The translations under genes and the position numbers were made by a program. Below, one piece after another: positions 48,798-57,467 of a stretch of DNA of 64,000 nucleotides. The stretch is taken from contig CAMNJQ010000051.1 in the NCBI GenBank assembly GCA_946541575.1, forward strand, positions 12,985 to 76,984, written 5' to 3'. The notes under the pieces are model-generated. The model was not told the DNA's origin. It was given only the letters and a program-made list of their open reading frames with translations, and did no database searches. Within the stretch, counting starts at the first letter, position 1. Every line of letters starts with the position of its first letter. Source of the DNA: an uncultured Clostridium sp. Lineage in GTDB: Bacteria > Bacillota_I > Bacilli_A > RF39 > UBA660.

Positions 48798-49886
48798 ATG
48801 ATTGAAGAAATCAAAACTGTCGAAGAAAGAAAGAAAACATTAATCGAAAAAGGAAAAAAACAAGGATATGTTACTTATGAACAACTTGTAGATGAATTAA
48901 AAGGATTAGATGTAGATAGCGATACCCTTGATGATTTATATAATACATTAGTTGAAAATAGCATAGAAATTATAAGTGAAACTGCTGATAATGGAACAGA
49001 TGATGAAGATCCAGCTGGATTAATTGTAGAAGATTTAACTATGTCAAAAGACATAAAAATAAATGATCCAGTTAGAATGTACTTAAAAGAGATTGGTAGA
49101 ATTAATCTTCTTACTACTGATGAAGAATTTGAATATGCAAAACTTGCTGAACAAGGTGATGAATATGCAAAGAAAATGCTTGCAGAATCTAATCTTCGTC
49201 TTGTTGTAAGTATTGCTAAAAGATATGTTGGAAGAGGAATGCTTTTCCTTGATTTGATTCAAGAAGGAAACATTGGTCTTATGAAAGCAGTTGACAAGTT
49301 TGATCCATCAAAAGGGTATAAGTTTTCAACTTATGCAACATGGTGGATAAGACAAGCAATAACAAGAGCAATAGCAGACCAAGCAAGAACTATTCGTGTT
49401 CCTGTACATATGGTAGAAACAATCAATAAACTAGCTCGTGTTCAAAGACAACTTACACAAGAGCTAAATCGTGAACCTACTGAAGAAGAACTTGCAAAGA
49501 AATTAAATATTACTGTTGATAAAGTAAGAGAAGTATATAAAATATCCCAAGATCCAGTTTCTCTTGAAACTCCAATTGGTGAAGAAGATGACTCTCATTT
49601 AGGAGATTTTATTAAAGATGAAAGAACAATGTCTCCTGAAGAATATGCTACTGTTGAAATGTTAAAAGAAGAATTAGCAAGTGTTCTTTTAACATTAACT
49701 GATAGAGAAGAAAAAGTTCTAAGATTGAGATTTGGTCTTGATGATGGACAATGTAGAACACTAGAAGAAGTAGGACAAATATTTGGTGTAACACGTGAAA
49801 GAATTCGTCAAATTGAAGCTAAAGCATTAAGAAAATTAAGACATCCATCCCGTTCAAGAAAGCTAAAGGATTTCTTAATTGATTAA
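48798..49886 (+). CDS. rpoD: Primary RNA polymerase sigma factor
   Basis: Regions 1.2-4.2 are canonical. Examples are [61 protein letters not shown] and [29 protein letters not shown]. An ATG at 48798 follows GGGGAG. Confidence 0.95.
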   Translation: MIEEIKTVEERKKTLIEKGKKQGYVTYEQLVDELKGLDVDSDTLDDLYNTLVENSIEIISETADNGTDDEDPAGLIVEDLTMSKDIKINDPVRMYLKEIGRINLLTTDEEFEYAKLAEQGDEYAKKMLAESNLRLVVSIAKRYVGRGMLFLDLIQEGNIGLMKAVDKFDPSKGYKFSTYATWWIRQAITRAIADQARTIRVPVHMVETINKLARVQRQLTQELNREPTEEELAKKLNITVDKVREVYKISQDPVSLETPIGEEDDSHLGDFIKDERTMSPEEYATVEMLKEELASVLLTLTDREEKVLRLRFGLDDGQCRTLEEVGQIFGVTRERIRQIEAKALRKLRHPSRSRKLKDFLID

Positions 49887-50550
49887 AATAAGTGAAAGAC
49901 TTAAAACAGTTGCTAATTTAGTCTTAGAAGGAAAATCAAAAAAAATAATAGATGTAGGATGTGATCATGCATTACTAGATATTTATTTATTACAAAATGA
50001 TTCAACTCTAAAACTAGTAGCATCAGACAATAAAAAAGCACCATTAGAAAATGCTAGAAAGAATATTGAAAAATATTCTTTTTTAAATAAAATTGAAGTA
50101 TGTCTAAAAGATGGAATAGATAATATTGATAGTGATATAGATACTATTGTAATCGCAGGGATGGGTATGGAAACAATAGTAGAAATACTAGAAAACGGAA
50201 AAGAAAAATTAAGCAATATAAATAGAATGATAATATCTTCTAATAATAAGTATCTTGATTTAAGAAAAAGAATAATAAATCTTGGATTTAAAATAAAAGA
50301 AGAAGAGATAGTATTTGAAGACAATAAATACTACATAATAATTGAATTTGAAAAAGGAAAAGATACTTATTTAGAAAAAGAATTATTCTTTGGACCAATG
50401 CTTTTAAAAAAGAAGGGAAAATTATTCAAAAGTTATTATCAAACTATACTAAATGAAAAGGAAATGATATATAATTCTTTACCAGAAAATAATCAAAAAA
50501 AAGAATATTTAAAAAAAGAAATAGAATTACTTAATGAAGAAATTAAGTAA
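49879..50550 (+). CDS. trmK: tRNA (adenine22-N1)-methyltransferase TrmK-like
   Basis: The N-terminus [12 protein letters not shown]...[16 protein letters not shown] and [11 protein letters not shown] resemble TrmK/YqfN. Its position after rpoD matches Bacillus. It has a TTG start overlapping the rpoD stop. Confidence 0.65.
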   Translation: MIKISERLKTVANLVLEGKSKKIIDVGCDHALLDIYLLQNDSTLKLVASDNKKAPLENARKNIEKYSFLNKIEVCLKDGIDNIDSDIDTIVIAGMGMETIVEILENGKEKLSNINRMIISSNNKYLDLRKRIINLGFKIKEEEIVFEDNKYYIIIEFEKGKDTYLEKELFFGPMLLKKKGKLFKSYYQTILNEKEMIYNSLPENNQKKEYLKKEIELLNEEIK

Positions 50551-50601
50551 TTCTTTTTTGTAAATTAATATGTAAATATATAAAAAAGAATATGAAATCT
50601 A

Positions 50602-50631
50602 TTGACCATACAAAAATATTAAAAATATAAT
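50602..50631 (+). promoter_or_regulatory. Sigma-A-type promoter for the pilin-LRR gene
   Basis: TTGACC-N18-TATAAT. Confidence 0.5.
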
Positions 50632-50652
50632 TTATCTATAATAGGAGAAAGT

Positions 50653-52722
50653 ATGGAAAAGAAAAAAGAAAGTACTACCAAAAAGAAAACTATTACTAAG
50701 AAGACTAATAACAAAAAGACAATTAAGAAAACAACTACAAGAAAAAACACAAAAAAGAAGAGTAAAGCATTCACATTAATTGAATTACTTGCAGTAATAA
50801 TAATACTTGGAATATTAATGATTATAGCAATTCCTAGTGTAACAACCTATATTAGTGACTCAAGAAAAAGTGCTTATATTGATACAGCTAAAAATATAGT
50901 AGGTGGAGCAAGAAATTTAGTAAATGAAGGTAAATTAGGAATGTATAATACTGATACAACATATTATCTTCCAGCTAAAATGATAAAAACAGAAACAGGA
51001 GATTTAAAATCTCCTTATGGGGAATTTACAGAAGCATATGTTGCAGTAACATTTGATGGAAAAGGATATGATTATTACTGGACAAGTACCGATACTACAG
51101 AACAAGGAATATATTTAACATCAGTGGATAAATTAGACAATGATAGAGTAGTCGCTGGAGTAAAAGAAATAAATACAGATGTTGCAATATGTAATAAAGA
51201 AAAGATTGTAATCTTTAATTCAGATGGAACAATTAAGGAGCAAAAAGAAGCAGATGATTGTATTGATAAAAATTTTTATTATGAAGTTGAGCCAAATAGA
51301 GAGATTACAGGAACTCTTATAGGTAATGATGATGATGTTTTTACTACATTTGGCTATAGAGTTGCGAGACATGGATTGGAAAGTATTACTTTCTTAAATC
51401 ATATTAATGTTCCTGATAATGCTATTGCTTCATGGGATGCATCTGTTGAACAAAATGGGTCAATTATGGCATGGTATACAAATGAAAACAATAATTTGTA
51501 TTATGAGTTGTATGTTGGACAGGAAGGAGGAGTTATAGCGCCTAAAGATTGTAGCTATTTATTTGATTTTACAGTAGAAGTTTCTAAAATAGACTTAACT
51601 TATTTTGATACTAGATATGTTGAAAATATGGATAAAATGTTTTATCGAGCAGGAAGAGATAATCCAGATTTTAAAATTATAGGTCTTTCTAATCTAAATA
51701 CAAAAAATGTTAAAAGTATGAGTAGAATGTTTTACGAAGCTTCTGAGAAAGCAAATTTTGATTATGATATTTCTAAATGGAATGTATCTAAGGTTGAAGA
51801 TATGTCATTAATGTTCTATTATACAGGTGTTTATTCATCCACATTTAGACTTGGTGATATTGGTCGTTGGAACGTATCTAATGTTAAAACTTTTTATTCA
51901 TTTTTTGCATCAGCTGGTAGAAATGCAACAACTTGGACAATAGGTGATTTATCTAGGTGGAATATCTCAAATGCAACTAATCTTTATGGCATGTTCAGTG
52001 ATGCAGGTTCGACAGCAACATCTTGGAATATTGGTGATTTAAGCAATTGGAATGTTTCTAATGCAACAAATATTGCTTTTATGTTTTATCATAGTGGACT
52101 ATCATCAAATTCATTTAACCTTGGAAATCTTGGTAGATGGGATGTATCTAAGGTTGAAGATATGAGCTCATTGTTTAATACAGCAGGAAAAAATGCAACA
52201 AACTGGTATGTTGGAGATTTAACAAATTGGGATGTTTCAAAAGTTACAAAAATGGGCTTCTTGTTCTATTATGCAGGCTATAATGCAAATAGCTGGAGTG
52301 TAGGAAATCTAAGCAATTGGGATGTTTCAAATGTAACGGATATGAGTGGAATGTTTGCATATTCTGGTTACAAAGCAGAAAATTGGAATATAGGAGAACT
52401 TACTAATTGGGATACTACAAAAGTTACAAATATGTATCGAATGTTTTTTGCAACAGGTAATCTTGCCGGAAATTGGAATAGTATTGGTTCGTTGAAAATT
52501 TATGCTTCCGACATTAGATCTATGTTTAGTCAGTGTACTCAGCCTAAAGTTACTCTTAAGCTTTATTCTAATCCATCTTCTTATAGTCAAGTCTTTCTTA
52601 ATTCAGCTACAAAAGAAGGCAGTTATATAATTATCGATTATTCAAGTAATGTTACTGTAGTCAACGCATTACTTAGAACAATAATTTATACTTCAAATGT
52701 TACTATTGGTAATAAAATATAA
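50653..52722 (+). CDS. Type IV pilin-like N-terminal domain fused to DUF285/BspA-type repeat surface protein
   Basis: A 39-aa Lys/Thr-rich leader precedes A|FTLIELLAVIIILGILMIIAIPS, a class III signal with Glu at +5. The C-terminal half has about 10 repeats of about 30 aa, with a pattern like LsNWdVSnVtdMsgMF..aG. Confidence 0.75.
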   Translation: MEKKKESTTKKKTITKKTNNKKTIKKTTTRKNTKKKSKAFTLIELLAVIIILGILMIIAIPSVTTYISDSRKSAYIDTAKNIVGGARNLVNEGKLGMYNTDTTYYLPAKMIKTETGDLKSPYGEFTEAYVAVTFDGKGYDYYWTSTDTTEQGIYLTSVDKLDNDRVVAGVKEINTDVAICNKEKIVIFNSDGTIKEQKEADDCIDKNFYYEVEPNREITGTLIGNDDDVFTTFGYRVARHGLESITFLNHINVPDNAIASWDASVEQNGSIMAWYTNENNNLYYELYVGQEGGVIAPKDCSYLFDFTVEVSKIDLTYFDTRYVENMDKMFYRAGRDNPDFKIIGLSNLNTKNVKSMSRMFYEASEKANFDYDISKWNVSKVEDMSLMFYYTGVYSSTFRLGDIGRWNVSNVKTFYSFFASAGRNATTWTIGDLSRWNISNATNLYGMFSDAGSTATSWNIGDLSNWNVSNATNIAFMFYHSGLSSNSFNLGNLGRWDVSKVEDMSSLFNTAGKNATNWYVGDLTNWDVSKVTKMGFLFYYAGYNANSWSVGNLSNWDVSNVTDMSGMFAYSGYKAENWNIGELTNWDTTKVTNMYRMFFATGNLAGNWNSIGSLKIYASDIRSMFSQCTQPKVTLKLYSNPSSYSQVFLNSATKEGSYIIIDYSSNVTVVNALLRTIIYTSNVTIGNKI
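51590..52470 (+). repeat. Coding tandem repeats (~90-nt period, ~10 units) of the DUF285/BspA-like module
   Basis: W[ND]VS[KN][VA] .. M...F motifs recur every 30 aa or so. Some units share DNA strings, for example TCTAAGGTTGAAGATATG near 51790 and 52150. Confidence 0.7.
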
Positions 52723-52732
52723 ATGTTATAAG

Positions 52733-52758
52733 AGAATTACATATTGTAATTCTTTTTT
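52733..52758 (+). terminator. Rho-independent terminator after the pilin-LRR gene
   Basis: AGAATTACA-TAT-TGTAATTCT hairpin followed by T6. Confidence 0.65.
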
Positions 52759-52800
52759 GTTATAAAAATAGAATAACTACATATACTCTAACAGAAGGGA

Positions 52801-53529
52801 ATGATTATGATGAATGAAATAGTATCTTTTTCTAAAGAAATAGATTTTAATAATATGTTAAATAAAATAACTTCAATATCGTTAGAACACACATTAATGA
52901 TTGAAAACTCATCAATAAAAGGAGATCTAATTGTATCAGGAAGTTATATACAAACAATTGCAAGTCAAATAGAAACACCATTTTCATACAAAATACCTGT
53001 AGAAATTGAATTGGATCAAAAATATGATTTAAGTAATGTAACTATTGATATAGATGACTTTACTTATGAAATAATTGATGAAAAAAAATTAAAAGTGAAT
53101 ATTGATTTATTAATAGATAAATTAGAAATAAAAAAAGATAATGAACCTATTGAACAACTTGATGATGAATTAGTATCAGTAAATGATTTATTTAAAGAAA
53201 CAGATGAGGAAAAGAAATTAGATATCCCGCTAACAAATGATATTGAAGAAAAAAAAGAAGATAAAATAGATAATAGTAACATTCAAGACAATAATGATAA
53301 GCAAGAAGAAAAAGATAAAGATGATGAAAAGCAAGAATCATTGTTTTCAAATTTAACATCAACTAATGAATCCTATACAACTTATAAAATATATATTGTA
53401 AAAGAAGAAGACACTTTAGAAAAAATTCTAGAAAAATATAGCATATCTAAACCTCAATTAGAGGAATACAATGATTTGACTAACATATCAAAAGGAACAA
53501 AACTAATTATTCCAAATAATAATGACTAA
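52801..53529 (+). CDS. SpoVID-like protein with C-terminal LysM domain
   Basis: The C-terminal LysM is YKIYIVKEEDTLEKILEKYSISKPQLEEYNDLTNISKGTKLIIP. The N-terminus SFSKEIDF..ITSISLEHTL...IKGDLIVSGSY resembles the SpoVID N-domain. The middle is acidic. The true start may be the ATG at 52807 or 52810. Confidence 0.45.
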   Translation: MIMMNEIVSFSKEIDFNNMLNKITSISLEHTLMIENSSIKGDLIVSGSYIQTIASQIETPFSYKIPVEIELDQKYDLSNVTIDIDDFTYEIIDEKKLKVNIDLLIDKLEIKKDNEPIEQLDDELVSVNDLFKETDEEKKLDIPLTNDIEEKKEDKIDNSNIQDNNDKQEEKDKDDEKQESLFSNLTSTNESYTTYKIYIVKEEDTLEKILEKYSISKPQLEEYNDLTNISKGTKLIIPNNND

Positions 53530-54370
53530 AATAAAAAAAATTGATAATTTAAAGATATTATACAAAGACAATAATAAAATATGTATAAAAAAATCAAATA
53601 GAAATATTAATAAACTTGAAAAGTACTTTATTTCAAAAGATTTTTCAAATTATATTCCAACAAAAATAATAAATGGTTATGAAATTAGAAATTTTATAGA
53701 TGAGGTACCAATTTCGAATGAAGATAAAATAACTGAATTAATTTATTTGATTTGTATACTTCATACAAAGACAACACATTATAAAAATATAGAATTAGAT
53801 AAAATAAAAACGTTCTATGAAAAAGAAACTAATGAAATTATTGAATTAAAAAAATATTATGAATTATTATTTGACAATTGCATATATCAATTTCTTCCAC
53901 CAAGCTTATATTTTTTAATTGAAAATATGTCTTTAATAATCAATTCTTTAGATAAAAGTAAAATTTATTTAGATAAATGGTATGAAATAGTAAAAGACAA
54001 GAAAAGAAAAAGAGTAGTATTAAATCATAATAACTTAAAGATTTCTAACATAATTATAGGGAATAAACCATATTTGATAAACTGGAATAAAGCAGTAGTT
54101 GATTACCCAATATATGACTTATTATCATTATTTAAAAACAACTATGAATTTATTGATATGATAGATATTTATAATATTTACTTATCAAAATATGGATTGC
54201 TTAAAGAAGAGAAAATGTTATTATATTCAAGCCTACTTAAAATTCAAAAAGTATCATTTGAAGACAATGAAATAGAAAACACAAAAAAAGCTACAGAAAT
54301 AATAAACTATTTAAAATCTATTAATAATTTCTTAAATAACAATATTGAACAAGATAAATGTAAGTGCTAA
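53522..54370 (+). CDS. CotS/YsxE-like phosphotransferase-fold protein (catalytic motif degenerate)
   Basis: VLNHNNLKISNIIIGNKPYLINWNKAVVDYPIYDL aligns with the APH/CotS HxDxxxxN...D motif, but reads H-N-N. It follows the SpoVID-like gene as ysxE does in Bacillus, overlapping it by 8 nt. Confidence 0.4.
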   Translation: MTKIKKIDNLKILYKDNNKICIKKSNRNINKLEKYFISKDFSNYIPTKIINGYEIRNFIDEVPISNEDKITELIYLICILHTKTTHYKNIELDKIKTFYEKETNEIIELKKYYELLFDNCIYQFLPPSLYFLIENMSLIINSLDKSKIYLDKWYEIVKDKKRKRVVLNHNNLKISNIIIGNKPYLINWNKAVVDYPIYDLLSLFKNNYEFIDMIDIYNIYLSKYGLLKEEKMLLYSSLLKIQKVSFEDNEIENTKKATEIINYLKSINNFLNNNIEQDKCKC

Positions 54371-54550
54371 TAATTCTAAAAAAAGAATTATAGCATTTAT
54401 TTTTGTTGTTACAAAAATTAAAATAAATGATTGATAAAAAATAACAATAATTAACATTAAAGTAAATGCAAGATATAAAATACTTCTTTTTCTTTTATTT
54501 TTACAAACTCTACATCTACAAAAAAGATTATGTTTTGATGATTTAAACAT
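54332..54550 (-). CDS. Small Cys-rich two-TM membrane protein
   Basis: The minus-strand SD is good (AGGTGATATA-ATG). The N-terminus is CRCRVCKNKRKR, followed by two hydrophobic helices. Its 3' end overlaps the YsxE-like gene by 39 nt. Confidence 0.4.
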   Translation of the reverse strand: MFKSSKHNLFCRCRVCKNKRKRSILYLAFTLMLIIVIFYQSFILIFVTTKINAIILFLELLALTFILFNIVI

Positions 54551-54605
54551 TATATCACCTAATATATTATATGTAGAGTTTTACATTATGTAATAAAAAA
54601 AAGAT

Positions 54606-54632
54606 TTGTAAATAGCCTTATTATGATATAAT
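54606..54632 (+). promoter_or_regulatory. Promoter with extended -10 (TGaTATAAT) for the second pilin-like gene
   Basis: TTGTAA-N15-(TGa)TATAAT. Confidence 0.45.
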
Positions 54633-54655
54633 TTATAATATATGGAGATGTTAAT

Positions 54656-56434
54656 ATGAAAAATAAAGGATTTACATTAATAGAATTAATAGCAGTTATT
54701 ATAGTAATGGGAATGATACTTTTAATAGTGTTTCCAGCAACATCTAGACTTTTAAGAGATAATGAAGAAAAAGAATATAAAAACTATTATGATATAGTTT
54801 CTGCAGGATTAGAGCAATATGCTAGAACAAGAAGAGATGATATTGGTGGAACTACAGGTAGTGGTTGTATTGATACCGTATTAGAAGCAAATAGTTATGG
54901 TATTAAAGATTTAATTGAGAATGATTATATTAAAGAATTTGAATTGGATAAAGAGTCAAAAGAAGCAGGAAGAAAGTATAAGAATGTAGAAAACTATGAA
55001 GGAGTTATTTGTAGAACACCACAAGAATTTGTTCCAGCAGAGCTAACTGATGCAGGAATTGATATGTCTAAAGAATATGTTGGAATGAGAATTGAAAACA
55101 ATGAAGGAAAAATTAAAACACAATTAAGTATGATTTGCAAGAAAAAGGGATCAAATAAAATAGAATATCAAAATTTAATTGAAAAGACAGAAACTTGTTC
55201 AAAATATGTTGCAGATATACAAAATTCACTAATTAAAACATTAATGGATAAAAAAACATCTGGTACATTCTTAGCAAATAATCCTGATGGTGATGATGAA
55301 TTCTATGTTAACGGAACATCAACAAATAATTATTTATGGTATTCAGGAAAAATGTGGAGAATTGTAAGTTATAATACTAATAATAAAACTATAAAATTAG
55401 TAACAGATGAAAATATAACAATAAGGCCATATAATTCAAATAATGATTATTATAGTAGTAATATTAGAGATTGGCTAAATGGAACATTTTTGAGTACTTT
55501 AAAGAATTCAAATAGATATTTACTTGAAAATGCAACATGGAACTATACGACTATAACACAAACAAATCCAACAAAACCTAGTTTGAGTTCTACTAAAGGA
55601 GATTATGTAGGAATGCTTAATTATTATGAATATAGTAAAGTAGGAGGATTCTTAAACAATGGTAAAAAATATTGGCTATTATCAAAGTCAAATGAAACTG
55701 ACGAAGCTTGGTATGTAAATCAAAATAACGGTCAAAAAGGAAATGTATCTAGCTTTATGGGAATAAGACCATCAGTTGTATTAAGACCAAATTTAACTGT
55801 ACTAAATGGTGGTGAAGGAACAGCAAATAATCCTTATATTTTAACTGGAGACATGAGCGCAAGCGCAGGAACTTACTTAAATACAAGATATGCTGGTGAA
55901 TATGTAAAATTTAATGATGTAGTATTTAGAATAATAGAAACAAGTGCAGAACATACAAAACTAATATCAGATACTACTATTCAAAATGATATTGAATTCC
56001 ATTACTTTGATAATAAATATTCAAATAATACAACAATAGGAAATGCTTTAATGACATGGGTAGAACCTGTTGATAATATGTTAACAGAAGCAAATTACTG
56101 TAGACAAAAGATAGAAACATCACAAATTAATCAATGTAGTATAGATGATGAAATAGCTCTTAAAGTTGCTATCCCAGCTATAGGAGATATGTTTACTGCA
56201 GATATTGATTCAGGTTTAGAATACTGGACAATGACAAATGCAGAAGATGAAATAGTTAATCCAGATACAGGTGAAACAATTGCAAAAATATATGTAGTTA
56301 AATCTAGTGATGCAACTTTACTAACAAAAGAAATAGAAGATAAATCAAATGTAAGAGCAGTTGTTTCAATAAAAAATACAGCAACAATTGTTGGTGGAAC
56401 TGGAACTAAGAATAGTCCTTATGAAATACAGTAG
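54656..56434 (+). CDS. Type IV pilin-like N-terminal domain fused to a large extracellular domain
   Basis: The prepilin signal is canonical: MKNKG|FTLIELIAVIIVMGMILLIVFP. The C-terminal part carries motifs such as YLWYSGKMWRIV, IRDWLNGTFL, YWLLS and IRPSVVL, which I associate loosely with DUF6273-type domains. A second related module follows (VVFRIIE...YWTMT...VRAVVSI). Confidence 0.65.
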   Translation: MKNKGFTLIELIAVIIVMGMILLIVFPATSRLLRDNEEKEYKNYYDIVSAGLEQYARTRRDDIGGTTGSGCIDTVLEANSYGIKDLIENDYIKEFELDKESKEAGRKYKNVENYEGVICRTPQEFVPAELTDAGIDMSKEYVGMRIENNEGKIKTQLSMICKKKGSNKIEYQNLIEKTETCSKYVADIQNSLIKTLMDKKTSGTFLANNPDGDDEFYVNGTSTNNYLWYSGKMWRIVSYNTNNKTIKLVTDENITIRPYNSNNDYYSSNIRDWLNGTFLSTLKNSNRYLLENATWNYTTITQTNPTKPSLSSTKGDYVGMLNYYEYSKVGGFLNNGKKYWLLSKSNETDEAWYVNQNNGQKGNVSSFMGIRPSVVLRPNLTVLNGGEGTANNPYILTGDMSASAGTYLNTRYAGEYVKFNDVVFRIIETSAEHTKLISDTTIQNDIEFHYFDNKYSNNTTIGNALMTWVEPVDNMLTEANYCRQKIETSQINQCSIDDEIALKVAIPAIGDMFTADIDSGLEYWTMTNAEDEIVNPDTGETIAKIYVVKSSDATLLTKEIEDKSNVRAVVSIKNTATIVGGTGTKNSPYEIQ

Positions 56435-56460
56435 ACAAAATTTAAAAAATGGAATATAAT
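56432..56460 (+). promoter_or_regulatory. Sigma-A-type promoter for the T-box leader
   Basis: TAGACA-N17-TATAAT. Confidence 0.5.
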
Positions 56461-56465
56461 ACGAT

Positions 56466-56691
56466 TAATTACGTTGAAGTTGAGGAGTATACTATTTAAG
56501 TTTAAAGAGAGTTAGTGATTGGTGAAAACTAATAACTGGTTAGTAGAAGGTAGCAACTGAGTAGAATTTCTAAGTAAATAGGAAATATCCGCATTACTGC
56601 GTTAAAGTTTTGAGAGTGCAATTAATTGTTGCAAAATAAGGTGGTACCGCGGTAAACTCGTCCTTAAATATAGTTAAGGAGGAGTTTTTTT
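56466..56691 (+). promoter_or_regulatory. T-box riboswitch leader, probable Val specifier (GUA at 56550-56552)
   Basis: An AGAGA box (56506-56510) and a distal-loop-like TGGTGAAAA are present, with an F-box-like GCGTTA. The T-box sequence is AAATAAGGTGGTACCGCG (56635-56652). A terminator hairpin at 56656-56685 is followed by a T-run. valS lies downstream. Confidence 0.8.
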
Positions 56692-57453
56692 ATGAAGAAA
56701 AAGAGTGAATTAGCTTTTGATAGATATTTATCAAATTACGACAAAAGAGTTAAAGAAATTAGATTTAAATATTCTCATTCTTATCGAGTGGAAAAATTAA
56801 TGAAAAAATTAGCTATATCTTTAAACCTATCAAAAGAAGAAATAAAAATAGCTGAATTAATTGGATTATTACATGATATAGGAAGATTTGAGCAAATAAG
56901 AAAATATGGTCAAAGTTCCGATGTTAAAACAGGAACTGACCATGCAGATGAAAGTTGTGTTTTTTTATTTGAAGAAGGTCATATAAGAGATTTTATTGAT
57001 GATAATAGATATGACAAAATAATTAAAGATGCTATAAAAAATCATAATAAAATTAAAATAGAAGAAAATATAAAAGATAAAAGTTTATTATTTGCTAAAA
57101 TGATAAGAGATATGGATAAAGTCGACATTTATCGAGTCTTAGCTGAAGAATATACTGAAATATTTAATAAAGATGAAATTAGTAAAAAAGTATATGAATC
57201 ATTTATGAAACATGAAACAGTTGACAGCAAGGATAGAAAAACAATAACTGATGATATTTATGCTCACGTTGCATTTATATATGATATAAATTTTGAAGAG
57301 AGTTTTAAAATTTTAGAAGAAACAAATAATTTTAAAGATTATTTAAAAACTATTATAATTGGAAAGAAAAGTGAAAAAGAATACATTGAAAATAATAAAT
57401 ATTTTAATGAACTTATTAATGAAATAAATAATTATATAGAAAAAGATAATTAA
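56692..57453 (+). CDS. HD-domain phosphohydrolase
   Basis: Has H..(YSHSYRV) and LLHDIGRFEQ (the HD motif), followed by GTDHADES. The length is 253 aa. Confidence 0.7.
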   Translation: MKKKSELAFDRYLSNYDKRVKEIRFKYSHSYRVEKLMKKLAISLNLSKEEIKIAELIGLLHDIGRFEQIRKYGQSSDVKTGTDHADESCVFLFEEGHIRDFIDDNRYDKIIKDAIKNHNKIKIEENIKDKSLLFAKMIRDMDKVDIYRVLAEEYTEIFNKDEISKKVYESFMKHETVDSKDRKTITDDIYAHVAFIYDINFEESFKILEETNNFKDYLKTIIIGKKSEKEYIENNKYFNELINEINNYIEKDN

Positions 57454-57467
57454 AGAAAGAGGAAATT

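Noticed and set aside
51590-52470. Regularly spaced repeats that could be mistaken for a CRISPR array or non-coding satellite.
   Set aside because: The repeats are in frame within a long ORF. The period of about 90 nt corresponds to a protein repeat of about 30 aa (DUF285-like). The units are only partially identical at DNA level and there is no repeat-spacer alternation.
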